Positions 11,820 to 22,614 of a stretch of DNA of 64,000 nt are shown one piece after another. Position 1 is the first letter of the stretch. Every line of letters starts with the position of its first letter. The translations under genes were made by a program, and so were the position numbers. This stretch comes from Neoechinorhynchus agilis. Its lineage: Eukaryota > Animalia > Acanthocephala. A model generated the notes under the pieces. That model worked only from the letters and a program-made list of their open reading frames with translations. It was not told the origin of the DNA and did no database searches. The stretch is taken from NCBI GenBank assembly GCA_051530055.1, contig CM121343.1:4000389-4064388 (forward strand). Reading direction: 5' to 3'.

Positions 11820-13380
11820 CTTTCCCTTCATGGACGCGCGATGAATTTTTAGACAAACAACCTTGATTGTTGACATGAAAACATCAATGTCAAATAAAAC
11901 TACCTTTTTTGATAAACTGTAAAGCTGATTACCGTTTTTGGTGGCCTTTTTCATTTTTATCTTTAGTTCACCGATTAAACTTCCTAAAAGACAACTGAAT
12001 TCAATCAAGAGATCAGCAATTCTGGGTATCGCTAATGCGGTGATTTCATTGGTTTTATCCAATTTTGTCGATTATTTCAAATTTCATCATTGTGCACTGT
12101 TTTGACAATTGACGAATTGAACGCTTTCAGTTTTGTGAAAAAGGCCGCACACAGATACCTAATAAAAAGAAGTTACCGGCTGGCCAGTCTTCAAAAAATA
12201 AACCTAGATATGTTTAAGTTCATTTTGTACATCTCGACACGCTGATTCCAAAATTGTTTTCCGATCTGTGATGGCTGCTATAGTTCTTGAGTTATTCGTC
12301 TTTCAATTTTTAGACCAATAACCTTGATTATAGACCAAGAAACATCAATCAATATCAAATTAAATAACTTTTTCTTGATCAACATTTAAATCTGTTTTCA
12401 CCTGCATAAACTATTTACCGTTGCTGTACTTATCTACATATTTAATTTACTGATTAATGTTTATAAGACACTTGAATTTAAAAAATTGCAATTAAGCTGG
12501 CAAGACCTAAGAAGCGATTCTAAATACATCAAATTCGGAAATTTCATTAGAATTAACAATTTTTCTTTATTACTTCAATATTCATGATTTTTCACGTTCA
12601 CGACTTTTGAGGAAACAAACAATCGAGATTTGCAGCGTTAAAAAATTGAAATTAGCTAGTTAAGTACATCTCGACACGCTGATTCCAAAATTGTTTTTCG
12701 ATCTGTGATAGCTGCTTTGTTTCCTGAGTTATTCGTCTTTCAATTTTTAGACCAATAACCTTGATTATAGACCAAGAAACATCAATCAATATCAAATTAA
12801 ATAACTTTTCTTGATCAACATTTAAAGCTGTTTTCACCTGCATAAACTATTTACCGTTGCTGTACTTATCTACATATTTAATTTACTGATTAATGTTTAT
12901 AAAAGACACTTGAATTTTAAAAAATTGCAATTAAGCTGGCAAGACCTAAGAAGCGATTCTAAATACATCAAATTCGGAAATTTCATTAGAATTAACAATT
13001 TTTCTTTATTACTTCAATATTCATGATTTTTCACGTTTACGACTTTTGAGGAAACAAACAATCGAGATTTGCAGCGTTAAAAAATTGAAATTAGCTATAA
13101 TTAAGTAACTTAATTCAGTACATCTCGACACGCTGATTCCAAAATTGTTTTTCGATCTGTGATAGCTGCTTTGTTTCCTGAGTTATTCGTCTTTCAATTT
13201 TTAGACCAATGACCTTGATTATCGATATCAGAATATTAATCAATTTTAAATCAAATAACCTTTCCAGAATCAACTTTTAAAGCTGATTTCGCCTGCATAT
13301 TCTGTTTTTTGGTGGCTTTTCTAATCTGTACATTTAGTTTGAAGATTTATGTTCATAAAAGACACCTGAATTTAATCAAA
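11820..13380. repeat. Tandem ~440-bp repeats: two close copies plus diverged partial flanking units
   Basis: GTACATCTCGACACGCTGATTCCAAAATTG at 12227, 12664 and 13118. Diverged homologous sequence at ~11820-12060 and ~13200-13380. Confidence 0.85.
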
Positions 13381-14074
13381 AGTTCGATGAAGCGGTTCAG
13401 ACCTGATAAAACATTTTTGTCTTAGACATGAAGAGAGGAATACCTCAGCCATTTCTTGTCTCAGGATTTGTTTGCTATACATATAATTCTGATTGTTGAA
13501 TAACCAGAAAGATGGGAATACGGCACTTAAACAGGTCGGACGAGACGGAATATTGCGACCAATAAATCGGTATTTTTTAATCACCAAAGAACACATGAAT
13601 GATATATTATGGACGTGAATGCATGGCCCTTCTTCTAATTGAGAAAAAGGTTAAACGATATCTTCTCGCAGTCGGTGGTTGATGGGCTGATCAAGTCGAT
13701 AGAAGCAATCATCATATCTCGTCGTGCGCACGAACACTAAACCCGTCAATTGAACAGCGCACACTCGCGCGCGCCCGCGTGAGTCGTTCAATTTGAAAAG
13801 AGAGACTAACACTCACGATTTTCAAGATAAAGTGCGCGTAGAGTGGGAACACGCACACTATCGCGTGATGTCGTCTTGCCGTACGATGTCTACGTGTTGA
13901 AAAAGTGCTCGCCAACTCAGCCCCCTTCTCTCCCCTCCCCTTGTCGCCATCGCCAACCACTAGCGAATTGTATGGCCACGACAAAAAGGTGGTCGAACGC
14001 TAGCGTCTCAGTGGTGATCGGTGTTCGAAATCGATTCCCGATTTTCAGATGATTCTATTGAATTTGTGAACGAG

Positions 14075-16131
14075 ATGATTTCGCCTCGAAATCCTCTTCG
14101 AACTCACGTCTCCGCTCCTTCTGTAAACAGCAATGCCAGATTTAAAGTGATTTCTCCTTTGAAGATTCCACTAAAAAAACTTAGACAAAAAAATCTAATC
14201 ACCAAAGAAAAACATCAACTTTTATTTTCAAGTCCAATCAAAAAGCGACTACAATCATTTAAAGAAAGAAAGCACAATTCGAAAAAATCAACGATTTCCA
14301 ATGATTCCGATTCAATGGCACTCCACGTCGATAATATAAGAACAATCGATGTAATTATAAGAAACAAAAATGAACAACTATGTGCCACTTGGCAAGTAAC
14401 CGATGATCTTAAGGATCTCCTCTCCTTCGTGGAACGAGTTTCCTTAGCTAAAGATCTTGATTCGTTGCGATTGACGTGGCTAGATGAGGAAGGGGACCAA
14501 TGTGTTCTGAGAAATGAACAAAACTTTAAAGAAATGCTGAAACTAATCAGTAATTGGTCAAGTCTTCGCCTCTATCTTTCCGAAGCCAACACTTGCCAAG
14601 AAACAAAATCAGGACTATGGCGCGGATGGGATAAACGTATCCGTAAAGTAAATGTTCTCTGCAACCATCGATTGGTCCGATTCCGCCTGGCTCAACTAAA
14701 GTCATGTACAGCGAGGAATCGGAATGAAGTACCACCTCTACTTGGGGTTGCGGGGAGTTCGTGGGTATTTCAAATCCTATCCCACGCTCTAAAGTTTGCA
14801 AACATCGACTTTGGCCACTCGGTAGAGGGTTCCGATGCACTCAGTGCGATTTGTGCGTTCATGGTAGCTGTAAAAAAATGCTCCCACCGTGCCCGAAAAC
14901 CGCGGAAATTGGTGATCAGTACTCTGGTATGTGCCATAATGCGTCTCAGTACAGCTCCCTCCATGTTTCACAACCTTTCCTCATTTCGGATTTCAAACTC
15001 CTAAAGGTGATTGGAAGAGGAAGCTATGCAAAAGTGTTTCTTGTGCGAAGACAAAGTAAAAACCGAGAATTGTTCGCTTTAAAAGCAATCAAGAAGAGAC
15101 AAAGTAAATGCCGCGATACTAAGAAAAAATATAGTCGTGATGATAAATCGAACTCAACCAATTTTCAAGAGGAACTCGAATGGGTACGAACTGAACGACA
15201 AGTGCTTACGTTTGCGAGAAATCGGAATTTTCTAATCAGTTTAGAAGCTTGCTTCCAAACCCGTGATTATTTGTTCTTTTTAACTCCGTTTGCACCAGGG
15301 GGTGACTTACTATCGCTAATGCAACGTCAGCGCCGGCTAACCGAAGACCAAGCTAGATTTTATTCGAGTGAAATTGTGATCGGCCTCAATTATCTTCACA
15401 CCGCAGGAATACTTTATCGGGATTTGAAATTGGATAACGTTCTCATTGATGGTGACGGTCATATTTTACTCACGGATTATGGAATGTGTAAAATTCACGA
15501 AATGGGTGCTAAAACGAGGACTTTCTGTGGTACACCCACCTACATTGCTCCCGAAATACTAAGAGGTGAATTCTATGATCACTCAGTCGATTATTGGGCT
15601 CTAGGAGTGCTATTGTTTGAACTTTTGACTGGTCGGTCGCCGTTTGATCAACAAGATCATTACTTACCAATGAGCAATAACAACAATGCTAATTTTCAGG
15701 CCGGAATGTCCGACGATGAAAACGAAGAACTTCTTTTTCAAATCATTGAACATCACGTTGTACGGATACCTAAAGGCTTCACTAACTCATGCTCATCTGC
15801 GCTCCGAGCATTACTTCAAAAATTCCCAGCTGACAGATTAGGTTGCTCACCATTTAAGACATTGGCAGAGAATTTTGACGATGTGAAGAAGCATTCTTTT
15901 TTTGCCCAAATGGATTTTAATCTTCTCGAGAAAAAACATTATACTCCTCCGTATATTCCTCAACTCAAGGGACCGGAAGATCTAACGTACTTTGACCGTG
16001 AATTCCTTTCAGAGCCACCCATTCTGACTCCCGTAGGGACGATTGGCGATCCGCATTCAAGCGACGATAGCGAGCACTACTTACCAACCTTGGAAGAGCT
16101 CAAGCACCTCAATCCATCTCAAATATTCTAG
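14075..16131 (+). CDS. PRKCI: Atypical protein kinase C (PKC iota/zeta-like): PB1, C1 and AGC kinase domains
   Basis: PB1 motif LTWLDEEGDQC; C1 residues HRL...C..CKHRLWPLGRGFRCTQCDLCVH..C; kinase VIGRGSYAKV, LYRDLKLDNVL, LTDYGMCK, TFCGTPTYIAPE, VDYWALGVL; turn motif EPPILTP. One frame-shifting intron between ~14706 and 14794 with uncertain boundaries; start codon uncertain (14021 GTG or 14075 ATG). Confidence 0.92.
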
Positions 16132-16495
16132 CATTTTCCTATTTTCAGGCAGTGTGTAAGAGCTCTAATTCATGTAGAGCGAACACAAATGTGAATGTAT
16201 AACATGAATGGCAATGTAATATATATATAAAAAAGACCAAATATTTCAATTTACGCGTTTGGTCACATTGCATTTTAATTTGTGATTTAGTCGAAAACTT
16301 TAATCGCATTAGCGATCGGTATCGCTTGATATTCGTTTTACAAAAAAAAACGGATTTTCGGCTATCCAAGTAAAAAAATATCACCATGAGAAACAAAGTG
16401 TTCCGTTCAGCGAACTCAAAAGGTGTTTGCTTTTATCATTTTTTAGTTATTGCTTTTCAGAACGAAGATAGCAAACGATCCTAGCAAGCATTCTA

Positions 16496-16920
16496 AACAT
16501 TCATTTAATCTATCAGAAATCGAGTGTTTTTGTGAGGACCCAAACGAGGAAATTGGTCCTATTCTTTTTGGATTAAGAAATAAACGTGTTATTCCCGTCA
16601 ACGATTAAACCCGTGAGTTTGCTTCCCGAATTTCAAATCCCAATTCATTTCATCCTCTCCCTACCGCCGCCCCCCCCCTCATTTTTCCATACCATCAACC
16701 GAAATGAAAAGGAGGAAAGACCCAACGTCATAAGAATAACCACCGACTTTCGAACCCGTGATCCACTCCATAATCAACATTCATTTAATCTATCAGAAAT
16801 CGAGTGTTTTTGTGAGGACCCAAACGAGGAAATTGGTCCTATTCATTTTTGGATTAAGAAATAAACGTGTTATTCCCGTCAACGATTAAACCCGTGAGTT
16901 TGCTTCCCGAATTTCAAATC
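16496..16920. repeat. Two ~145-bp direct repeats (16496-16640 and 16776-16920) flanking a ~135-bp spacer
   Basis: AACATTCATTTAATCTATCAGAAATCGAG...TTTCAAATCC occurs twice, 280 bp apart, nearly identical. Confidence 0.9.
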
Positions 16921-17615
16921 CAAAACGATTCTCATCCCTCTTACAATAACTTACTCATCTAGAAAAACACTAATGAGCGAGATCAATAAAATATACTTTT
17001 CGAGAACAATCGACCTTTTATTAATACGTCCATAAAAAACATCTTTTATAAAGTAAGATCAATTAGTCATTGATCTCTTAAATTAGGATAAAATGACAAT
17101 CTATTAAGAATTAAAAGGAAGACCGCCCGAGTTTTGACTCAATTTTTTAAATTGTTTTAAGAAAGGACCAAAAGCGTTTTAAAGACCAGAATTACCAAAT
17201 TTTTAATGGCTAATAGTAGATCGTTTAGTTTCTCTTTCAACAAACGGGAAACATATGATCTTCATAAAGTCCAAAGAAGAAAAAAGAATTAAATAATGAA
17301 CAATTGAAGAAATTTATGCAAATCACACAAAGCATAAAGTGGAGGAAGATTTGAGGCAAATAATAGCAAATACTCGCTCTTCCTTTTTGTTAATTTTTTG
17401 AGCGTGCAATCGGCTCTAAACCTAGGCACTTCATCCTTCCCAATTAAAAATAAAGAAAATACAAGGGCATGGAAGGATCCGAACCAATTGGGAGTTTATA
17501 TTATGTGTGGCTGTAATAAATAAATAAATCTGTGAAATGCATGGACACAAGACGGATCGCATAAATATCCATGGCAACCAGGATATCTCTTTTTGTTCAA
17601 AAATAAAATGGTAGA

Positions 17616-18680
17616 ATGAATTCTGACAACCCATCCCAAGATGATAACGTTCCGATCGCGATTGCTGATTATATTGTGAGTCTAACTCGATATTTAATAG
17701 CGAGGTATCAAGTGGATGCTGGAGTTGACTTTAAAAAGGCAGCGTTAGATTACGCTGTTTCTGTGACCTCAAACCGGGAAAGCAATGAACATTTAGAGGA
17801 CGACCCCCCTTCTGGGATGAACACAAGGTGTTCGTACGTGGAGATTCCAATCGAAGAGGAAGATGCCACGGGCACTGATCGCATCTTTGAGAAGACTGAA
17901 GAAGCACGGGAACGAATCCGAACGAAACTCGAGACATTTCCTTTTTGTGATAAACTTAGAATCGAGCAGTTGGAAGCAATTACTGATGCAATGGAGTCGA
18001 TAAGTGTAAAAGCGGGGGATATCGTCATTAAAGAGGGCGACCAAGGTGATACTTTTTACATTATCGATGATGGGAAGTTCCAAGTGTTTGCGAATGATGA
18101 GACAGTTCATGAATTTATAAACACTGGATGTTTTGGAGAATTGGCTCTGATTTTCGATACTCCTAGAAATGCAACTGTAAAGGCAGTAACCGATGGGATG
18201 CTTTGGATGATTGATCGAAGAACGTATCGGAGAAAAGTAGTGCTAACGGCTAAAGAACGGGATACTTTGTACGAAAATGCCATAACTTCGATTCCTTTAT
18301 TTAACGGCCTTGACATGAACACTAAAATGTACTTGCTGAATTCAGTTAAGCAGGAGATTTATAACGATGGTCAATGTATTATCAAACAAGGCGACAATGC
18401 AGAGTGCATGTACTTTGTGGAAGAAGGAATAGTGAGAATCGAGATTGAATCAAAGGGACAAGTGAGAATTGTCAACGAAATAAAAAAAGGTGACTACTTT
18501 GGCGAATTAGCATTGATCGACAACAAACCAAGAGCAGCCTCAGCATTTGCAGTTGGTAAGACAAGAGTGGGAGTAATGATGACTAATGAATTCAAGGAGT
18601 ACATGGAACCAATATTGGATATTTTGGAAGAAAACAAAAAGAAATATTTTGAACAAGTCAAAAAAGAATTCGGTGATTAA
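17616..18680 (+). CDS. PRKAR2: cAMP-dependent protein kinase regulatory subunit, type II-like, intronless and divergent
   Basis: Two cNMP-binding domains with phosphate-binding cassettes FGELALIFDTPRNAT and YFGELALIDNKPRAASAFAVG; EKTEEARERI hinge; C-terminus parallels RII (MEPILDILEEN). Confidence 0.88.
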   Translation: MNSDNPSQDDNVPIAIADYIVSLTRYLIARYQVDAGVDFKKAALDYAVSVTSNRESNEHLEDDPPSGMNTRCSYVEIPIEEEDATGTDRIFEKTEEARERIRTKLETFPFCDKLRIEQLEAITDAMESISVKAGDIVIKEGDQGDTFYIIDDGKFQVFANDETVHEFINTGCFGELALIFDTPRNATVKAVTDGMLWMIDRRTYRRKVVLTAKERDTLYENAITSIPLFNGLDMNTKMYLLNSVKQEIYNDGQCIIKQGDNAECMYFVEEGIVRIEIESKGQVRIVNEIKKGDYFGELALIDNKPRAASAFAVGKTRVGVMMTNEFKEYMEPILDILEENKKKYFEQVKKEFGD

Positions 18681-20138
18681 ATGTCCAAATGATTTTATTA
18701 AAAAAGAAGATATTTTATGATTGCCACTGATCGAATCTACGTTTTTAATCCTAAGAAAAAATCTTAGCAACTAAAATACAAGTTTTAATTTGCTTATTTA
18801 AAAAAAAAGTTAAGACGATATAATTGACACCGATGCTGCCTACACCACCAATGCCGTCCCCTCGCTTCGCTCGGAACCTGGATGCTGGACAATAATATGA
18901 AGACGGAAACTTGTCCGCCCAAAATGAGCCAAGTGAAAAGGCCGAGGGAACGCTCAATGCTACCGGGACACCAGACCTAAATTATGTCCCTCAAATCACC
19001 GAGGGAGACACATTGAACACGTCACTTATCGATCGTGCTCAACCTGAGAAGATCAACGCTGCCAGGCTCCCACGCGTCTCCACTGGTGTGTGTTCGAGTT
19101 GGCGGTAAGTCTTTCAAATTAACCAATCTGGGGGGTTTTGTTTGTCCATGGTCCCTGGGATCTCCGTTGTAGCGGGTCTGGTTCTCCACCACAATCAACC
19201 GATCTGCTTATGCCTGAGCGAGAAGGAGAGAAATGCAAATGTTGCGTCGATCACCAATAAGTCCCGTATTTTCCATCGATCGGGAACGAATTCCAATTTG
19301 TTTGTTCAGAAGGTGTACTTTAACTCTAACGGAACGGACAGGCGAAGTAATGGCTCTTTTTACAGCTCGAGATGTGTTAGCGGGCGAAGAACTCATCGTA
19401 CCGGCGATCTTACGAATGTTTATTGGATTTTGTGTGTAAGCCGCTTAAGTAGTTCCGAGAAAAACCGTCTTCGATTTGATCTTTATCGAACGTCTGAGTT
19501 CTTTGTGCAAAGGTTTGTTTCGTAATGGGAAATTAACGATTTTATCTGCAATGGAACGTTGGGTTATTTTTTCAGGAGGATTTGATCTCTTTCTAATTTC
19601 CTTTAATTTATGTGAATGATGTTCGTTTTCCTCGTTAACTTTAAGCGTTTCGAATTCATCGATCTCTTATAGGGTGGCATATAGTCTTTCCCTCGAGCGA
19701 TTGGTCGTTTATTGCCCTTTTTTAGAGTCGTCTTCCGCTGTAAAATAATGGTGCAACTTATCGGTAACGTAGAAATGGTGTTTAATGATGATAATTGTCT
19801 AGAAACTTGCTTTTTGAAATCTACGAGAGAAGATATCGAACGTGAAAGTGCTTTTCCCTTCATTCATTTTAGATAAAAGACAATCTGATTTTCGTACCTT
19901 AGAGATAAGCGCAGTGCGTGAGTTACGAGATGAAAGTTTGAGTGAACGCGTGGACAGATCGTTTTTGTGGCACTATTTCGGCACAAATTCACACACATCT
20001 TGGAGTGCCATCAACGTTTATCGTTTCTCTTTTCGTATATTATATATCTTTGTCTACTCTCGGTCACTGTGAGATATGTAATAATTCGCCGCCACGCTCG
20101 CATCAGCGAAACTTGTTCACATGTTGTGGATTGAGGGA

Positions 20139-22559
20139 CTAATTGTTCACTTGGATACATCCTGCAAGAAGTTCGTGCCCTCGCAACGAATTCGACGGAT
20201 GACTTTGGTTTGGCCATAGGTTACCAGGATCATCGATACGGGGCCGTAGTGCCACCAGTTCGCCGCCGCCGCCGCTGCTTGTTGCGTATATTAATGGAAA
20301 GCGAAGTACAAAGAATGAGTCATCTTTTAAATGTATTCTTCGATCAGAAGGAGAAAACAGAGGATTGCTTAGTCCGTGACGAACGCGTGGCTGTAGGTAT
20401 ATTGAAGATCTTGGTGGACATACTACGAACAAGCGCATCAATTGACCGAGATGGTTCGCTCCTACTGCACTGTTCATATCTCGAGTTCGTTCGGGACATC
20501 TTGAATAAAGAGGAAGTGTATCAGAAATGAAATTTGATTGGATCGGATTCATGTTTGGACTGGACAGAGTGTTAGGTTGCACTGATATCCATCGATGACC
20601 AAAATGGCACTCATACTCACATCCGACAAAGGCGATATTACCTGAACTTACACTATCGTCGATATTAGCCAATGGTACCAGTTTGTGAGTGACCAAATCG
20701 AGCGGGGCTAAAAAATTGGCTGGAATGAGGAAACCGGGTTGACCAGTGAGACCTATTTCATGGTCATAATCAAAATAATCGCCGATTCGACAAAGACTCC
20801 ATGATGAGCTCATTGAATCGCTGCTGTTCGTCGTCATTAGATTTGTTTCGACGTCATAATATTCGATCAGCCATTGGGATTTTCGATCAGCAATCACTCC
20901 TCTAAGATTTTTATAGAATTCAACATTTGCCTCAGTTAAAGTAAATGGATCATTTCGACTTGCTTGCGCACGTCCGCAATCACTAGCAGATTTAAAAGAG
21001 AATGTAGTTTCGTGAGCCATATCGTCCAAATTGTGCTTTGGATGCATACACATATGACCGGTTAGGCTGACAGTTTCACACGACTGATGGCCACTAGTGT
21101 GCCAATGAGTAGTTAACCGCTGCAGCAACTGCTCAGCATTGCAATCGATCTTTAGCTTCAGAGATTCTTCTATATGGCCGAATTTACGATTACATCCATC
21201 TCTAAACCATTTGAAGATCTTTTCACAAACCGAACGATGAACTCGTTCAGTGTAGTGATAATTTTGTTTGCGAGCCTGCTGTTGTTGCTGATGAAACTGC
21301 GGAGTGGTTCGCCAGTGATTGGGATGTTGTGGGAAGCAAATATGCTCGCATTCTTCGGTATACAGCTCAAACGCTTGGAGCGAAAGTTCGTCTAAGCACT
21401 CGTTCTCCATTCGATCAACCTCTTCAAGTCGTAAACGTTCATATTCAGCATCAGTAGGAGGAATGTGTCGAAAATGTTCAATCGCAAATTCAATCCCTCC
21501 ATAGCGACCATCAATCACCTGCTTTAGGATTCTCAGGCACTTGGTATAGTCCCACAAGGATCCAGAATCAATGATTTCCTCTTCATCAATTATGCGTCTA
21601 TTAATAATATCGTGGACTGTCGATCGGTAAGCACTGACGTTTGACCATTGGGCAAACACGTTTCCGCTAGTTGTATGTTCTTCAAATAAACCATCAATTA
21701 CGGTTGCCAGAAACCGAGCACTCCTGTCCATTTGTTCAATAGTCATCGACGTTCGTCTAAGAGTTTGTCGGACTGACTTACTAAATGAGTGATCTTCGTG
21801 CCCTTGAGTTAAAGGCGCAATGTCATTTAAGCAATCCTTCCAATCATATATAAATGAACTGCCATTTTCAAGCCACAAGAAGTCTTCCCATTCAGGCACA
21901 AGCAAGATATCGATTTCGCTCGAACGGAAAAATGTCCTGATTTCATTCTGGACAATGGACCTCTCTTCCTGTAAAGACACTCTACTGCCATTCTTGTTTT
22001 CCTTCGTCAGCAAAACAACCAAATTTGGACGACGCAACTGTTCACATTGATTCCATCGCTTCGTCGATGTGATCAGCAAAAATAATTGGCGCCATTTGTC
22101 ACTAGTGAGCCAAGAGTCATCATCATCGCAGACACATAGAATGTCTGAGATTGAAAGGCAGAAGGAAAGGGCGGGAGCAAACTCGGGTAACTGATCGTCA
22201 TCAGTTAGATCTCCGCCGATATCTAATACCAAAATTGGTCCATCTGAGTTCAATTTGGATCGTTCAACGTAATATTCGTTTATGATATAATTGCAGTGAT
22301 CAGGCAAAGGTTTTAGGCTGGAACCAACATAATCATCCATCAGAACAATACCTTCAAGAAAAGCCGATTTGTGATGGACGTTTGAACCAATCAGTAGAAT
22401 GACGCAAAATGCTCCGTTTCGGCGTTTGAATTTTTCTTCTTCGTTCAATGAAGACATGGATCCAGTAGATACTTGATATTCCTCAAAGCCATTCGATATC
22501 ACGGACCAGAAAGGATTCGTGGAGTCGATGTCCTTAGTGTCAGCGTCCCTCTCACTCAT
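20139..22559 (-). CDS. SMG8: Nonsense-mediated decay factor SMG8
   Basis: CETVSLTGHMCMHPKH, ASDCGRAQASRNDPFTLTEANVEFY, FVGCEYECHFGHRW, GQLMRLFVVCP and FVLRFPLIY match recalled SMG8 C-terminal motifs; single 806-aa exon. Confidence 0.8.
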   Translation of the reverse strand: MSERDADTKDIDSTNPFWSVISNGFEEYQVSTGSMSSLNEEEKFKRRNGAFCVILLIGSNVHHKSAFLEGIVLMDDYVGSSLKPLPDHCNYIINEYYVERSKLNSDGPILVLDIGGDLTDDDQLPEFAPALSFCLSISDILCVCDDDDSWLTSDKWRQLFLLITSTKRWNQCEQLRRPNLVVLLTKENKNGSRVSLQEERSIVQNEIRTFFRSSEIDILLVPEWEDFLWLENGSSFIYDWKDCLNDIAPLTQGHEDHSFSKSVRQTLRRTSMTIEQMDRSARFLATVIDGLFEEHTTSGNVFAQWSNVSAYRSTVHDIINRRIIDEEEIIDSGSLWDYTKCLRILKQVIDGRYGGIEFAIEHFRHIPPTDAEYERLRLEEVDRMENECLDELSLQAFELYTEECEHICFPQHPNHWRTTPQFHQQQQQARKQNYHYTERVHRSVCEKIFKWFRDGCNRKFGHIEESLKLKIDCNAEQLLQRLTTHWHTSGHQSCETVSLTGHMCMHPKHNLDDMAHETTFSFKSASDCGRAQASRNDPFTLTEANVEFYKNLRGVIADRKSQWLIEYYDVETNLMTTNSSDSMSSSWSLCRIGDYFDYDHEIGLTGQPGFLIPANFLAPLDLVTHKLVPLANIDDSVSSGNIAFVGCEYECHFGHRWISVQPNTLSSPNMNPIQSNFISDTLPLYSRCPERTRDMNSAVGANHLGQLMRLFVVCPPRSSIYLQPRVRHGLSNPLFSPSDRRIHLKDDSFFVLRFPLIYATSSGGGGELVALRPRIDDPGNLWPNQSHPSNSLRGHELLAGCIQVNN

Positions 22560-22614
22560 CTATAAAAATAATATAGAACACAAAAAAAAGAAACGACTAT
22601 TGAGCGCTTAAATC

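Noticed and set aside
18860-18874. CCTCGCTTCGCTCGG, reminiscent of Helentron/Helitron-derived termini
   Set aside because: Only one short motif; no second terminus, hairpin or additional copy in the window.
19233-19439. ALFTARDVLAGEELIV resembles the SET-domain post-NHS motif
   Set aside because: The RFINHSC motif and terminal Tyr are absent and no supporting exons were found.
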